From: Pachysolen tannophilus NRRL Y-2460
Taxonomy: Eukaryota
Direction: 5' to 3'
NCBI GenBank assembly: GCA_001661245.1
Contig: KV454017.1
Location: 837,903-901,902, forward strand
DNA length: 64,000 bases
In this document: one piece after another, positions 21,117 to 33,023 of the stretch
Layout of the letters: every line of letters begins with the position of its first letter
Numbering within the stretch: position 1 is the stretch's first letter
Notes under the pieces: generated by a model
Seen by the model: the letters and a program-made list of their open reading frames with translations, nothing else
Databases searched by the model: none
What the model was told of the DNA's origin: nothing
Translations under genes and position numbers: made by a program

Positions 21117-24100
21117 ATGACAAATAATCATATTGAAGATGATAGTTTACATGAACTAAGACAAAGACTACAGAAAGAAGCATCGAGGTTTTATAAAGGT
21201 GTTACTAATGGGGACGTTGATTGGTTATTACGAGGCGATAATGTGAATGCTAATATCGATGGTAGTCCATTGGCTGATCCACCTGCTTTGAATCCAGATA
21301 TAGAAAAAAAATCTACACCAACTGTTGCTAGTGATGATTCTCAAGTTTTACTACGAGGAGAAAATATTGATTCTCGTATATGTAGGAAAGATAGTAATGG
21401 ATTGAGAAGAACTAAAACCATAGACGGGAATCCAATACATAAAACTTTCACCAATAATTCGGTATTGTCTAATGATTCGAGTAATGTGCTTACAAGACCA
21501 AGGTCATATAGTACGAGTGCTGGTGCTTTTGGAAAGAAACCTAGTGATAGTGGGTCCAGTAGTAGTGGTAGTGGTGGTGGTGGTGGGTTCTTTAAGAAAC
21601 TATTAGGAAGAAAAAAAGTTGATCCGGTAGCAACTGGTTCATTATCACCAAAAATGGGACCAAGATCATCTTCCCCAAATGGTTCGCCAAGGCAAATGTC
21701 GGTCTCAGATGAGACTTCTTCTTATGATCCGAAATTAGAAGAATATTTAAAATATTATAAAAAAAAACAATCGTTAGTTGCTTGTTATGATAATAATAGA
21801 AAATCAATGAGTAAAAAAACTTCCATAAAGACTTCAGATGCTCCAGTGAAATATGATGCCGCTGGACAACCAATTCCACCTCATCCAGATGTTGCACCTT
21901 TACCTCCTGCTATAGTGAACCATAGTCCTATCACGGAAACACGTACAAGTCCGGTAGAAAGTACAATATCAATGTCCTCAAGGTTTAACATATTAAGAAG
22001 GCATCATACAAATAGTGAGACTATGGAGGATTTAAATAGATCACCATCAAATACAGACCTTGATGAAGATTATGTCACTCATATTTCAAATAGTAACATT
22101 TCACACAAGTCGGAAAGAATACCACAAATAACTGTATTACAGCAAATGCAACCATTGAGAAAAGTTGCATTTGCAGCAGATGTATTTGTTCATGATCCTC
22201 CTCAACAAATTCCTTCAAGAAATCCAAGAAAGGGTAATGTTGAGATTGAAAAAGATGGTACTATTAAAATCCATCCTTTAAAAGAAAATGAAAAGAAACA
22301 AGACAGTGGTGGTGGTCTTGTTGTCGGTGGTACCGGCCTGTTAAGAATCTTATCGAATGAAGAGCAAGCATTGTTGAAGAAACAAGCTGACTCACAAGCT
22401 GCAGCATCTGCAGCGATGGATAGAGCCGCAAATGGTACTGAAGATAGTGCAGACACTAGATTTACCGATGTTACTGTCCAAATTGATAAACCTATGGTTT
22501 CTAGGCATAAATTATATGATGAAAATGGTCATTATATAATGGATAAGCCTGCTGTTAAATTGCAATTAGATGAACTTTATACAAGGTGTTGTCATCTTAG
22601 AGAAATCTTACCGATTCCTGCTGTATTGAAACAAATTCCACCACATACTACGGATCCTTTGATGATTTTACGTTTAAGAAATCCAAGACCTTCCTTAATC
22701 GAAGTATTGGCATTTTCTGATTTTGTAAGAATTGCTCCGATTATTTGCGTATCGTTGGATGGTGTAAGTTTATCTTTAGAAATGTTTCGTATTATTCTTG
22801 GTGCAATGGTCTATAAAAGACATTTGGAAAAACTTTCGTTGAGAAATACTCCAATAGATGCCGAAGGTTGGAAGGTTTTATGTTGGTTCTTATCCATTAA
22901 TAAGAGGTTAAGGAGAATTGATATCACCCAATGTCCTGCAGTGGTGGTGAATACTCAAAAGCTAAGAAAATCTTCTAAAAGCCAGGATAAACTGAAAAGA
23001 ATGGTTTGTAACCTAAATAATAGATCAGATATGGATTGGGATTTAATGGCAGCTACTTTGGTGACAAGAGGTGGTATCGAGGATATTATTTTGACTGGTT
23101 GTAAAATTCCATCTTTTCTGACTTTTAAAAATTTTATGGAACAAGCCGTTTCCATCAGTACAATGAAGTTAGGTTTGGCATATAATTCTTTAACTTTGAA
23201 GCAATTGGAAGTTATTGCAAAATGGATGGAGAGAAATGCTAATACTGCATTTGGTTTGGATATCGGTTATAACGATTTATCATTTAAGGATGCTTTAGTT
23301 CCTTTCATAAAGTACGCTACAGAGAATGTCGAAAAATCTTGTTTGAAATTTCTATCTTTAAGTTCAACTAATTTATATGATAATGATGATTTCAGAACAT
23401 TGATTGTCAAATTATCAAGTTTAAAAGAATTGAAGTTTTTGGATTTATCTAATAATAAGAGATTATTTCCTTCAGTCAATGAGCATTTAGCTACATATTT
23501 GCCTTTGTTTCCTAGTTTGTCTCGACTTCATTTGGACTCGAACGATTTGGATTCAAAATCAATAGTCACTTTTGCTGAGATGATGACTTTATGCAGTAAA
23601 TTATGCTATTTTTCAATTGCAGGAAATCATCTTGACACAGCTGCAAGTATGGCATTAGTTGCTGCTTTGAGAACTTCAACCACGATTTTCACATTGGATC
23701 TAGACTATTTTGAGATGCCAACGAAATTAAGAGAGAAAATTGGATTATATACAATGAGAAATATGGAACAAATTTTGTATGGTAAAAATAAAGATATTGG
23801 TCTTAGTACTCTGATTATCCCCAAGAAATGTGCAATCATGAAGACTAGTTTAACTGATAGATTGTTAAAACTTCTTCATGATAAGAAAGAATTAGATCCC
23901 GGAGATGAAGAGGCCCAAAGTGTAATTGTTGAGGCCAGAGAACTAAAGAAAAAAATTAATGAGACAATGAATGAACTATTTAAACTTCAAATAAACAACA
24001 AATTGAATCTTGAAGGGAAAGAAACTTTAATTAGACTTTGTTACATTGATAGTTCTTTAGAAAAGGGGTTAAGTTTAATTAATTCCAAATTAGCTTATCA

Positions 24101-24893
24101 GACTCTGAAGCTTACTGATTACAACACCAGCGAGATTTTATCCGAAAGAAAACCTTGTAATTATGATAAAAATAATGCTGATGGACTTCAGCATGATGAT
24201 CACGGTGAAGTTGAAATTAAAGATGACGATAAATCAATTGTTGGAAGGAGTTCTTCAAGGACATCTTTGGTTGGAGCTGATAAAGGAGAAGGATCTGTTT
24301 TGAAGTTTTCTCAAATGATCTCACCAAGTGATAGGAATGTGCTTAATGATAGTGATAGCGATCTTTCTGGTGATTTGATTGAGAAACTTTTACTTAACCC
24401 AACAGATCTAGCATTAATCACACAAGTTTTAACAACTTTGAAGGCAAGAGGTTTAAAAATAGAAGATATTTATTCCAAGGGTAATTTTCTTAAAAATGAA
24501 TTGTTACAAGATGAGAAAACAGCATTAGGTCTTGAAGCTTTAAAAAACGAGATTAATAATATCAAAACAGATTTATCTAAAGATGGTAGTAACAAGGGGA
24601 GTACCGATGACAAAAATGATAACATGAACAACTATAAGAAAAGGGAAACATCAATATCATCTGCAGAAAGTGCATCATTCACTTCGACCTTAATTGAAGC
24701 TAACACAGAATCCAACAAGCATATTGCAGTCGAAAGAGATGACAGTGTTAGTAGTTCATCAAGCAGTAACAGCTATGATAATCGTGATAAAGAGGTTGAT
24801 GAAGAGGTTCATGCAATTAGCAGAACTTATGATAGTTTACTAAAAGACTTGGCTAAAAAGTCTGCTATAAATTATAATACAACAACACCATGA
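21117..24893 (+). CDS. MHP1: MAP-homologous LRR (RNI-like) protein Mhp1
   Basis: LRKVAFAADVFVHDPPQQIPSRNPRKGNVE, LYTRCCHLREILPIP and multiple LxLxxNxL repeats. Synteny with NSP1 and GYP6. Confidence 0.8.
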   Translation: MTNNHIEDDSLHELRQRLQKEASRFYKGVTNGDVDWLLRGDNVNANIDGSPLADPPALNPDIEKKSTPTVASDDSQVLLRGENIDSRICRKDSNGLRRTKTIDGNPIHKTFTNNSVLSNDSSNVLTRPRSYSTSAGAFGKKPSDSGSSSSGSGGGGGFFKKLLGRKKVDPVATGSLSPKMGPRSSSPNGSPRQMSVSDETSSYDPKLEEYLKYYKKKQSLVACYDNNRKSMSKKTSIKTSDAPVKYDAAGQPIPPHPDVAPLPPAIVNHSPITETRTSPVESTISMSSRFNILRRHHTNSETMEDLNRSPSNTDLDEDYVTHISNSNISHKSERIPQITVLQQMQPLRKVAFAADVFVHDPPQQIPSRNPRKGNVEIEKDGTIKIHPLKENEKKQDSGGGLVVGGTGLLRILSNEEQALLKKQADSQAAASAAMDRAANGTEDSADTRFTDVTVQIDKPMVSRHKLYDENGHYIMDKPAVKLQLDELYTRCCHLREILPIPAVLKQIPPHTTDPLMILRLRNPRPSLIEVLAFSDFVRIAPIICVSLDGVSLSLEMFRIILGAMVYKRHLEKLSLRNTPIDAEGWKVLCWFLSINKRLRRIDITQCPAVVVNTQKLRKSSKSQDKLKRMVCNLNNRSDMDWDLMAATLVTRGGIEDIILTGCKIPSFLTFKNFMEQAVSISTMKLGLAYNSLTLKQLEVIAKWMERNANTAFGLDIGYNDLSFKDALVPFIKYATENVEKSCLKFLSLSSTNLYDNDDFRTLIVKLSSLKELKFLDLSNNKRLFPSVNEHLATYLPLFPSLSRLHLDSNDLDSKSIVTFAEMMTLCSKLCYFSIAGNHLDTAASMALVAALRTSTTIFTLDLDYFEMPTKLREKIGLYTMRNMEQILYGKNKDIGLSTLIIPKKCAIMKTSLTDRLLKLLHDKKELDPGDEEAQSVIVEARELKKKINETMNELFKLQINNKLNLEGKETLIRLCYIDSSLEKGLSLINSKLAYQTLKLTDYNTSEILSERKPCNYDKNNADGLQHDDHGEVEIKDDDKSIVGRSSSRTSLVGADKGEGSVLKFSQMISPSDRNVLNDSDSDLSGDLIEKLLLNPTDLALITQVLTTLKARGLKIEDIYSKGNFLKNELLQDEKTALGLEALKNEINNIKTDLSKDGSNKGSTDDKNDNMNNYKKRETSISSAESASFTSTLIEANTESNKHIAVERDDSVSSSSSSNSYDNRDKEVDEEVHAISRTYDSLLKDLAKKSAINYNTTTP

Positions 24894-25235
24894 ATCATCT
24901 TTCAATTTCATTCTTTAACTATTTTTTTTTTTATTTTTTTTTATTTTTATTTCTTTTTATCTTTTTAAGGGTTTTTCGTTTTTTGTTTTGGGTGGTTTAC
25001 AGCATCTTTGAGGTCATTAGATATGTGTTATTTCATCTTATCTTTTGATATTATTACAATTATTATTTGTGTCTGAGTGAACAAAACATGGTTTCCATTG
25101 TTTAATGTTTATATGAAAAAAAAAAAAAGAAATATATATATATATGTATATATATATGTGTAGCTGAGTGCATTTGTTTAGAATAATTAATTGTTAATTA
25201 ATAGTCTTTTGAATATCATTAAAGTTTTAGTAAAA

Positions 25236-25979
25236 TTAGATAGGTGGCATCTGAGTCTTGAAAGTATTTACACTTTTCCGTTCACCGTTATTCGTTGTAT
25301 CCTTTGCTGCTTCTAATAAGATAATGGGGTTCCCATTAGCTCTTCCAATCAATACTTTCGGCACTTTTAATCTCCCATTTTTCTCATCAAAGTCATCATC
25401 ATCTTCTTCATCTGCATCTGCATCTGCATCTGCCTCTGTCTCATGGGTATCGTCATCTAATTTCGTACTATCTTCTCCGGGTACTTTACCAAATCTCTCA
25501 ACAATTCTATCTCCTAATTTCTCAAATAAGAGATTGTGCAATTCATGTGGATTGTGTATTACTCTTGTATCTGGTTTTTGTTCTTCTGTGGATATCCATC
25601 CTGATGGAGGAGAAGGTGGTGGAGATATAACATATTTTGTACCTGAACTTGGCAATTTTAGTAAAAATTCTTTTGTTGAAATGGAATTATCCCTAACGGA
25701 AAATGAAACATTAAACTGTAAGCTTTTCAATATTTCATATAAAGTCTTTGAAGATTCTCTATTTTCAAAAATCATCAAGATTCTATTAAATTTGGGTAAT
25801 TTTATAAATTTAATAATCTCATCAGATGGAGTATTTCGCTTAACTTCACCAAATAATAACTCAATAATAGATTCATCTTCTAATTCCTCTGCAGTGAAAT
25901 CTGTTAAAATAAGAGTATTTGTCGGTGTCTCTTCTATCTCTTCTTTCTCTTCTTCAGAAGTCTTCGAATGATCTCCCAT
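25236..25979 (-). CDS. RCN1: Calcipressin / regulator of calcineurin
   Basis: N-terminal RRM-like TNTLILT...LPKFNRILMIF, SP motif ISPPPSPPSGW, and C-terminal KTQMPP. Confidence 0.8.
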   Translation of the reverse strand: MGDHSKTSEEEKEEIEETPTNTLILTDFTAEELEDESIIELLFGEVKRNTPSDEIIKFIKLPKFNRILMIFENRESSKTLYEILKSLQFNVSFSVRDNSISTKEFLLKLPSSGTKYVISPPPSPPSGWISTEEQKPDTRVIHNPHELHNLLFEKLGDRIVERFGKVPGEDSTKLDDDTHETEADADADADEEDDDDFDEKNGRLKVPKVLIGRANGNPIILLEAAKDTTNNGERKSVNTFKTQMPPI

Positions 25980-26314
25980 CTTTTATCTTTTAATAAAACT
26001 TATATATGATTTCTACAAGGTTAATATATCATTTAGAAGCCTTAAATTATATACAACAATTCATCAATCATTACCCTTTTTGACCTATTTAATATTTAGG
26101 TGAACGTCTGTCTTTATAATTGCAAATAGTTCAATAGTGAAATAGAGCAATAGGTTTAAACCTACTATAAAAGAGATAGATTGAGTTTTTATTGATTAGC
26201 TTAAGATTTAGATGCAAATTATATAGTAACAAAGATGTTATAAAACAAAGAAAAGACAAAGTAATAATAATAATAATAATAAAATAAAAAAAAAAAGAGT
26301 CTATTTTTATATAA

Positions 26315-27580
26315 TTATTTCTTTGATTTTTTAGTTTTCTTTACAACTTTCCTATCATCATCATCATTATCATGATGATCATCAATGTTTCTTTTCTTAT
26401 TATTTTGAACTTTTTTCAATTTTTTACTCAAGATCTTATTAACTGATTCAGGTTCTGTGGCCAATTCTAATAAACCTTTTTCGAAATTTGTCAATTTAAT
26501 ACCTTGAGGAATTTCAATATTTGATGGTAAATCAATAGTTGAAGATACATTTTCTTGTTCTTGTTTTTTATTATGCTTCTTCTTTTCTTCTTCTTCTTCT
26601 TCTTCTTTAATTATATCTTCTTCAGAGTAAATTTTTTCCAAGTAATATAATGGTAATGATGGAGAATCCAGGGATTTTAATTGGACTGATCTAATTTTAT
26701 TATTATTATTTGAAATTGAAGTTATTTGAAATTGTTTAATTATTGTTTGAATATTTTCAATCAATTGATTATTTTTAAAAGTATTATCACCAATTTTTAA
26801 ACTAATATTGACACCAACTGGTAATGTATAAAAAACAGAATTTATAGCTTTAATAATTGAATTTGTTAAAGTCTTTATAGATAATTTGTTTGTATGATTA
26901 CTATTTGGTATAACTTTTATAGGTAATGGGAATTTAGATGAAGTTTCATAAAAAATTTTACCCAAAAGTTTTGGTAATGTTGTAATTAACCCATCATCTG
27001 ATAAAAATAAATCATATTCACTTAAAAGTTTCCTCTTAGCTTCATATGGTTTATATTCACCTTTTAATTCTTTTGCTGTAATAATTTTAGATAAATTTGG
27101 AATATTAGATTCTTCAATTTCATTTAATAATTTCTCATCAACTATATTATCTCTAACAAAGACACAAATCTTCAAATTTTCATCTCCATATATCTTATGA
27201 GGAACCTGAATCAGTTTAGGTTTAGATAAAGGCTTATCATTCATGAATTTTGTAGTTGTTATTTGTAAGAAATAATTAATCAAATCATCATCAAAAAGTA
27301 AAGATTTCTTTTCAACTTCATTCCTCAGTTTCTTCTCATTCAAAAATTTCCCCAAAGCATTAAGTGCCTTATCAATAGTCTCAAATGGTATAAGCACATC
27401 ATCTTTAGAATCACCATTCTCGGTTTTATCATCACTATCATCTTTCACCCCATGTTCTAAATTTTTACCTTTGGATTTACCTTTGAAATTAGCATTAGTA
27501 CCACTTTTCTTTGGTGGCCTACCCCTTTTAGCTGGAACACCAACTTTAGTAGCAGACACTTCAGAAGCCTTCTTTACCAT
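26315..27580 (-). CDS. CIC1: Ribosomal-L1-domain nucleolar protein Cic1/Nsa3
   Basis: ICVFVRD, ELKGEYKPYEAKRKLLSEYDLFLSDD, LPKLLGKIFY and LKSLDSPSLPLY. Confidence 0.82.
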   Translation of the reverse strand: MVKKASEVSATKVGVPAKRGRPPKKSGTNANFKGKSKGKNLEHGVKDDSDDKTENGDSKDDVLIPFETIDKALNALGKFLNEKKLRNEVEKKSLLFDDDLINYFLQITTTKFMNDKPLSKPKLIQVPHKIYGDENLKICVFVRDNIVDEKLLNEIEESNIPNLSKIITAKELKGEYKPYEAKRKLLSEYDLFLSDDGLITTLPKLLGKIFYETSSKFPLPIKVIPNSNHTNKLSIKTLTNSIIKAINSVFYTLPVGVNISLKIGDNTFKNNQLIENIQTIIKQFQITSISNNNNKIRSVQLKSLDSPSLPLYYLEKIYSEEDIIKEEEEEEEKKKHNKKQEQENVSSTIDLPSNIEIPQGIKLTNFEKGLLELATEPESVNKILSKKLKKVQNNKKRNIDDHHDNDDDDRKVVKKTKKSKK

Positions 27581-27684
27581 TATCTCTCAAGAAAAAAAAC
27601 CACCTTCTATAGATCAAGAAAATTTCTATCCCAATTATTAAAAATGAATTTTATTCAATAATACCTTCTTTAAAATTAAAAAAG

Positions 27685-27695
27685 TGAAAAATTTT
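27685..27695. promoter_or_regulatory. RRPE element in the CIC1/ELF1 divergent promoter; PAC-like GATGAG on the minus strand near 27887-27892
   Basis: TGAAAAATTTT lies about 105 nt upstream of CIC1, a ribosome-biogenesis gene. Confidence 0.55.
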
Positions 27696-27892
27696 TTTAG
27701 TTAAAATTAAAAGAGAAAAGAAAATAAAGAAAGAAAAAAAATTATGTAAGCAGAGGGTAACGAAGAAACCAACAATTCAATAATAAATTAAACGTTTAAA
27801 TCAATAATATTTAATCATAAATTAAATTCAAATAAATTAAATTCAAATAAGAGAAAAGGTATTGTGATATTGTGATATCTTATCATCTCATC

Positions 27893-28312
27893 ATGGTAAG
27901 TTGATTTATTTTTTTGATTTGTGGTTATGGTATTTATTACTAACATGTTGTATAATAACAAAAAATTTTTTTTTTTTCGATTTAGGGTAAAAGAAAGAAG
28001 AGTACTAGAAAGCCAGTTAAAAAGGTGAAGGAAGTTTTAGAAACTCAATTTAGTTGTTTATTTTGTAATCATGAGAAATCTGTTGTTTGTACTTTGGATA
28101 AGAAGAATAGTGTTGGTTCATTACATTGTAAGATTTGTGGTCAAAATTTCCAAACTCCAATAAATACTTTATCACAACCTGTGGATATTTATAGTGATTG
28201 GGTTGATGCTTGTGAAGCAGTTGCAGAGGAAATTGAAAGAGAAGGAGCAAATGCTGATGATTTTGAAGTGAAGGACGGTTATGATGATGAGGATGAAGAT
28301 GAAGATTACTGA
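27893..28312 (+). CDS. ELF1: Transcription elongation factor Elf1; exon 1 is the ATG only (27893-27895), exon 2 is 27986-28312; 109 aa
   Basis: Spliced product [34 protein letters not shown]...CKICGQNF...[14 protein letters not shown], a C4 zinc ribbon. Confidence 0.95.
27896..27985 (+). other. Spliceosomal intron of ELF1 (90 nt)
   Basis: ATG|GTAAGT donor, TACTAAC at 27938-27944, acceptor TTTAG at 27981-27985. Splicing restores the conserved MGKRKK start. Confidence 0.93.
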
Positions 28313-30150
28313 TGGTTAAAAAAAAAAAAAAAAAGTTTTCCAATTGATTGTACATTAAAATGGAGATTCCTTTTCTTCCCGCATTATTAAATATATATAT
28401 TTATATATATATATAATAGCCTTTTCCAAGAAAAGTGGAATAAAGTTGGACTAATCCATAAGGTTTATTTTAGTCATATATCATTCTCACACAAAGTTAA
28501 TATTGTGTGTGTGTTTTTTTTTTTTTAGAACAGAAAAAAAAAAATAGCATATATTGTGCTTACATCAAAAGATGCTGGGACTTCAATAATCGATTATTTT
28601 TTCTGTAAAAATTCATCAAATAAAAAAAGTATTGGTAAATTTTATACCTCGGAGTAAATCTTTTTTTATGTAGGGTATATCTTGAGAAACAAAATGTACT
28701 TTAAATAAATGAATGTCGAGCATTGACTCATTCCAACCTAACTCGCATATCTTGGCTGAATATCTTTGAAAACCCATGTTTAAATTGAAGAATAACAGGA
28801 TAACACTATGAGTCTATTTTTTTTCAGAAAAGACACTAAAAGTTGAGACACACACTCGACCATAAAAACGAAAACTTGATTCTTATTTACTCTTATTATT
28901 CTATATTTTTTTAAGCGTTTCTTTTTTGAAAAAGGACTCTACAATGCTAGATTAAAAAATTTGGTTTAGTTTAGGTTAACCATTTAGAAACTTTTGGTAC
29001 TTTTAATCACCATTTGATAAGGCTGTTCTTCTTCTTATATTGACCAAAAAATATGCAATTGCCAACTTTAATTATCTTTTTTTTGGCTCATCTGCATTAC
29101 GGTATTAATCATTGATATCAATAATACCGACTAAGATGATTCTTTTCAGTTCAAGATATTCATTTACTTTTAAAACTTGTTGAACCTGTTTCAGTGAATA
29201 AACAAAAAAAATCATTCAATCTTCTTTGGGAGGTAACGTTTTTTCCAACTTCCAATAACACTCATTGAACCAAAAACCTACTAATCATTGAATACACACA
29301 GATTTCAATACTTATTCTACTCCTAAAATTGGTGTAATAATAATTTTTTTCTAATGAACGATATTAACAAGATACCACCTAGGTCATTGTATCAGTATAA
29401 AAATATAAAATTTTTTCTCTGAATTGTAATTCATACAATTTTAACAATTACAATTGAAAAGTTTTATGTCTTATGCGTGTTATAACCAAATATATACTAA
29501 CTACAAATTGTAAAAACCTATAATATTTTCAACCAGGGCTCACTTGTTAATGGTGGAAACCACTTTAAGAGCAAATAATCAATCCAATATCAATTCTCAG
29601 CAAAGGAAATCACATTTGAAAACTGAAAGAGATAGATATAAGAAGTAGAAGTTTATTGAAACATGTAAGCCGCATCTCACATTAAAAGAGTAATTATCAT
29701 GCAGAAATCTAGCAGGACTTTTTTTTTTTGTTTGGCTTGGTGAGTATCTATTTTTAAAACAGTTATTCTGTCTTAATTAGTGAAGAGTCTACTGGTACTT
29801 CTAAGCTTTACCTATTGCTAGAGAAAAAAAAAAAAAAATAGCAAAAAGTCAATATTTCAATTACGTATTAAGTGAATGAGTGAAATATTTTAAACAAAGT
29901 TAGACGTAGCATCGCTGTAACAGCAGACCTAAAACATTAGAAAAAGAAAACTAAAAAAAACTAGGATAAATAAAAAAGGCAAACAAACCGAATCCAAGAG
30001 AGAAATCACCCATGGTCATTTGAATAGATAATATTAAGTAATAAATATTAATTGAATTGATTTTATAACTTTTTGTATGTATGTTTTGTATGCATATGTA
30101 TTATCTTAGCAAAAAAGTAAGTAAAAAAAATTTTTTTATTTTATTTTATT

Positions 30151-30185
30151 TTTTTCAATTTTTCAATTTTTCAGAAAATTTTCAT
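30151..30185. promoter_or_regulatory. Clustered RRPE-like elements upstream of BUD22
   Basis: tttttcaatttttcaatttttcagaaaattttca contains repeated AA(A)TTTTCA 70-100 nt upstream of the ATG of a ribosome-biogenesis gene. Confidence 0.5.
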
Positions 30186-30254
30186 AGAGATTGATATAAT
30201 GATAAATTAATTATCAAGTTGGTTTTATTCAAGTGAAGTTTGAAGGTTAAGGAA

Positions 30255-31877
30255 ATGAGTAGCAAGAAGGATAATATTTTGTGGAAGCTTGATTTGTTGG
30301 AAGTTAATTTTCTTCAAGCAAAGCCAAGGTTGTTGAGAACAAAGACTTTACTCAATTCAAAGAAGAGAAATCATATAAAGTTATTAACTTTAAGTAAAGA
30401 AGATGCTTTAAGATTAATAGATGATTTGAAATTACAGTTGACTGAAAGAAAGTTTCATGGTGCTTTGATAAAACTTGAACGTTGTATAGGGAAGATTGTG
30501 AAATCTGAAATAAACAAGTTGACTTTAAAATTGAAAAATTCAAATATGAAAAATAGAGATCTGATGGTAAAAGAATTAGAATTATATCAAAATAAATTAG
30601 ATCTTGATATTATAACACATTCAAAACTTATAAAAATATCCTTGCCAATTTTTTTCAAACAAAAAAAGGTAGATTTTGAAAAAGAACAAATACCAAGATA
30701 TTTACCTAATTGGTATATAACATCAGTGAAAGATGTAAATCATAAGTATAACCCTAAATGTCAATTTAAGACAAATCCACCAGAATTAAATAATTTGATT
30801 TCTAAAATTATGAATCATAAAGAAATAAAGGAATTGAATAGTTTAATCGAGTTGAGTTTGAAGATCATATTAGGACCTGTTCCTAAAGATAAGAAAGGTA
30901 ATGATGTATCATCTGCTGAATTGGAGAAATATGAAGATCAGGATAATCAAGAAAATGACTTTGACGATGACGAAGAACAAGACGACAGCGACGACGAAGA
31001 TGATGATGACGAGGAGGAAAGTATGCTGTCCGGAGCAGAAGATGGGAATCCAGAAGAAGATATTGATTTGGAAGCATATGATGGAATGTTAGTTGCTACT
31101 TCTGATGAAGAAGATGTGACTGATTTTAAACCTGATAACAATATTAATTATAATGAGGTTACCGATGAAGAACCAGATGATTTAGAAGATGATTTAAACT
31201 ATGTAGATATCTCTCAAGACGAAAGTGGGAATGAAAATTCAAATTCAATAAAAGATATTTCAAACAAAGATGATTATTATGACAAAATTAAACAAGAAAA
31301 GAAAAAATTAGAAAATGATGATTTTTTCAAATTTGATCAAGAAGATAAAGAAACTACTACTAGTAGTACTAGTAAGAAGGAGAAAAAATTAAAACTTCCT
31401 GCTTTAGCTTCAGGGTATTATTCAGGAGCAGAATCAGATCTGTCAGATATAGATAATGATCATGTTGTTAAATCCGTTACTGAAACTAGGAAAAACAGAA
31501 GAGGTCAAAGAGCAAGAAGAAAGATTTGGGAACAAAAATATGGGAAAAATGCAAAACATATTCAAAAAGAGATTGAAAAAACTCAATCAGAAAGAGAAAT
31601 AAGACAAAAAGAATATGAGGAAAGATGTCGTAAGAGAGAAGAAAAAAGGAAGAAATTAATAGAAGAAGGTGGAACAGGTGCAAATCAAGTTCCAGTTTCC
31701 AAAATTAGATTAAATGTGAATGATAAAAGAAACTCTACATCAATTGTTCTGTCTCGTACTGTTAATACTGAAGATAAAGAATCTAAATCATTACATCCTT
31801 CTTGGGAAGCTAAGAAGAAACAACAACAAGAATTGAGTCAAGTTAAATTTCAAGGGAAAAAAATTACTTTTGATTAA
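30255..31877 (+). CDS. BUD22: Bud22 / SRFBP1-family ribosome biogenesis protein (first ATG 30255)
   Basis: LPALASGYYSG, KNRRGQRARRKIWEQKYG, LHPSWEAKKK and FQGKKITFD. Confidence 0.9.
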   Translation: MSSKKDNILWKLDLLEVNFLQAKPRLLRTKTLLNSKKRNHIKLLTLSKEDALRLIDDLKLQLTERKFHGALIKLERCIGKIVKSEINKLTLKLKNSNMKNRDLMVKELELYQNKLDLDIITHSKLIKISLPIFFKQKKVDFEKEQIPRYLPNWYITSVKDVNHKYNPKCQFKTNPPELNNLISKIMNHKEIKELNSLIELSLKIILGPVPKDKKGNDVSSAELEKYEDQDNQENDFDDDEEQDDSDDEDDDDEEESMLSGAEDGNPEEDIDLEAYDGMLVATSDEEDVTDFKPDNNINYNEVTDEEPDDLEDDLNYVDISQDESGNENSNSIKDISNKDDYYDKIKQEKKKLENDDFFKFDQEDKETTTSSTSKKEKKLKLPALASGYYSGAESDLSDIDNDHVVKSVTETRKNRRGQRARRKIWEQKYGKNAKHIQKEIEKTQSEREIRQKEYEERCRKREEKRKKLIEEGGTGANQVPVSKIRLNVNDKRNSTSIVLSRTVNTEDKESKSLHPSWEAKKKQQQELSQVKFQGKKITFD

Positions 31878-31937
31878 TCTATATACATATACAAGAAATT
31901 TATTAGTCAAATATTTTTTTTTTTTTTTTTTTTTTTT

Positions 31938-33023
31938 TTAATAAAATCCATATTTTTTCATTCTATTTTCTCTTTTTCTTTTACTTTGTTCAGAAATCCA
32001 CCATCCATAATAAATACCCAGTACCGAACCACCTAAATGAGCGGCATAGTCAAAAGATCCCCATCTAAAGAGACAACCACATAAATTCCAACCCATTGAT
32101 GCTAAGAAAGCTATCCAAGCTCCACCTGGTATAGGTAAAAAAAATAATAAAATTTGTGATTTTGGGAATAAATAAGCAAAACAACCAAATAAACCAAATA
32201 ATGCACCTGAAGCACCTAAACTTGCAAATTTAGGAATTCTTGCTAATATTGGGAACAGTAATGAAGCTAATGAACTTAATACTGCACAATTAAGGTACAT
32301 TGTTGTAAAATTTGAGCTACCTACAACAGATACTAAAGAACCTAAAGAATATAAACACATCATATTCATTGCAATATGCCAAAATTCTTGATGAGAAAAA
32401 GCACTTCCAATCATTGAACTCATAGAATACATTGAATTTTTTTCTAATAAGAAATAACGATTTGTAAATTTCCAAAATGCAGGTAATCTCCACAGACCAA
32501 ATACAGCCAAATTAATTGCAATAATTGTATATATTAATTGATTTGGATGTCTATTAAAATATTTCATTGGTGTATATTGGAAAATATATGGCATTGAATA
32601 AGTTGTAATCACACAAAAAATTAAGGTAAAAATTGAAGCTTTACGTAAAAGTAATCTATCATAATTTCCACCACCACTACTACTACCACTACCACTACCA
32701 TAATATGAATTTGAAAAACGATTATTATTAATGTTTCCAAACCATTTTAAATTTTTTAAATTTATGAAAAAAGTATTATTATTATTATATTTCTTAATTA
32801 AATTTAAATTAAAAAATGAAATTTTTAAAGGTAAAAATTGAGATTTTAATAATAAATTTGATGAAATATTTGTAAAACGAATACCATTATTTAATATAAA
32901 AGGTCCAATACCAAAATTTTTAACAATTGAATTTTGAAATATCAATTTTTTAGGATTTATAACTTTGGCGTTAACGTTTCCTAAAAAGAAATTTTTATTC
33001 AAGATTATCTTACTCATGATCAT
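31938..33023 (-). CDS. PCP1: Mitochondrial rhomboid protease (start uncertain: ATG 33023 or 33017)
   Basis: SAFSHQEFWHIAMNM, catalytic SLGASGA and DYAAHLGG, with a basic presequence. Confidence 0.9.
   Translation of the reverse strand: MIMSKIILNKNFFLGNVNAKVINPKKLIFQNSIVKNFGIGPFILNNGIRFTNISSNLLLKSQFLPLKISFFNLNLIKKYNNNNTFFINLKNLKWFGNINNNRFSNSYYGSGSGSSSGGGNYDRLLLRKASIFTLIFCVITTYSMPYIFQYTPMKYFNRHPNQLIYTIIAINLAVFGLWRLPAFWKFTNRYFLLEKNSMYSMSSMIGSAFSHQEFWHIAMNMMCLYSLGSLVSVVGSSNFTTMYLNCAVLSSLASLLFPILARIPKFASLGASGALFGLFGCFAYLFPKSQILLFFLPIPGGAWIAFLASMGWNLCGCLFRWGSFDYAAHLGGSVLGIYYGWWISEQSKRKRENRMKKYGFY

Noticed and set aside
25258..25971. 237-aa ORF antisense to RCN1
   Set aside because: Mirror frame of a real gene, with a non-ATG start and no recognisable domain.
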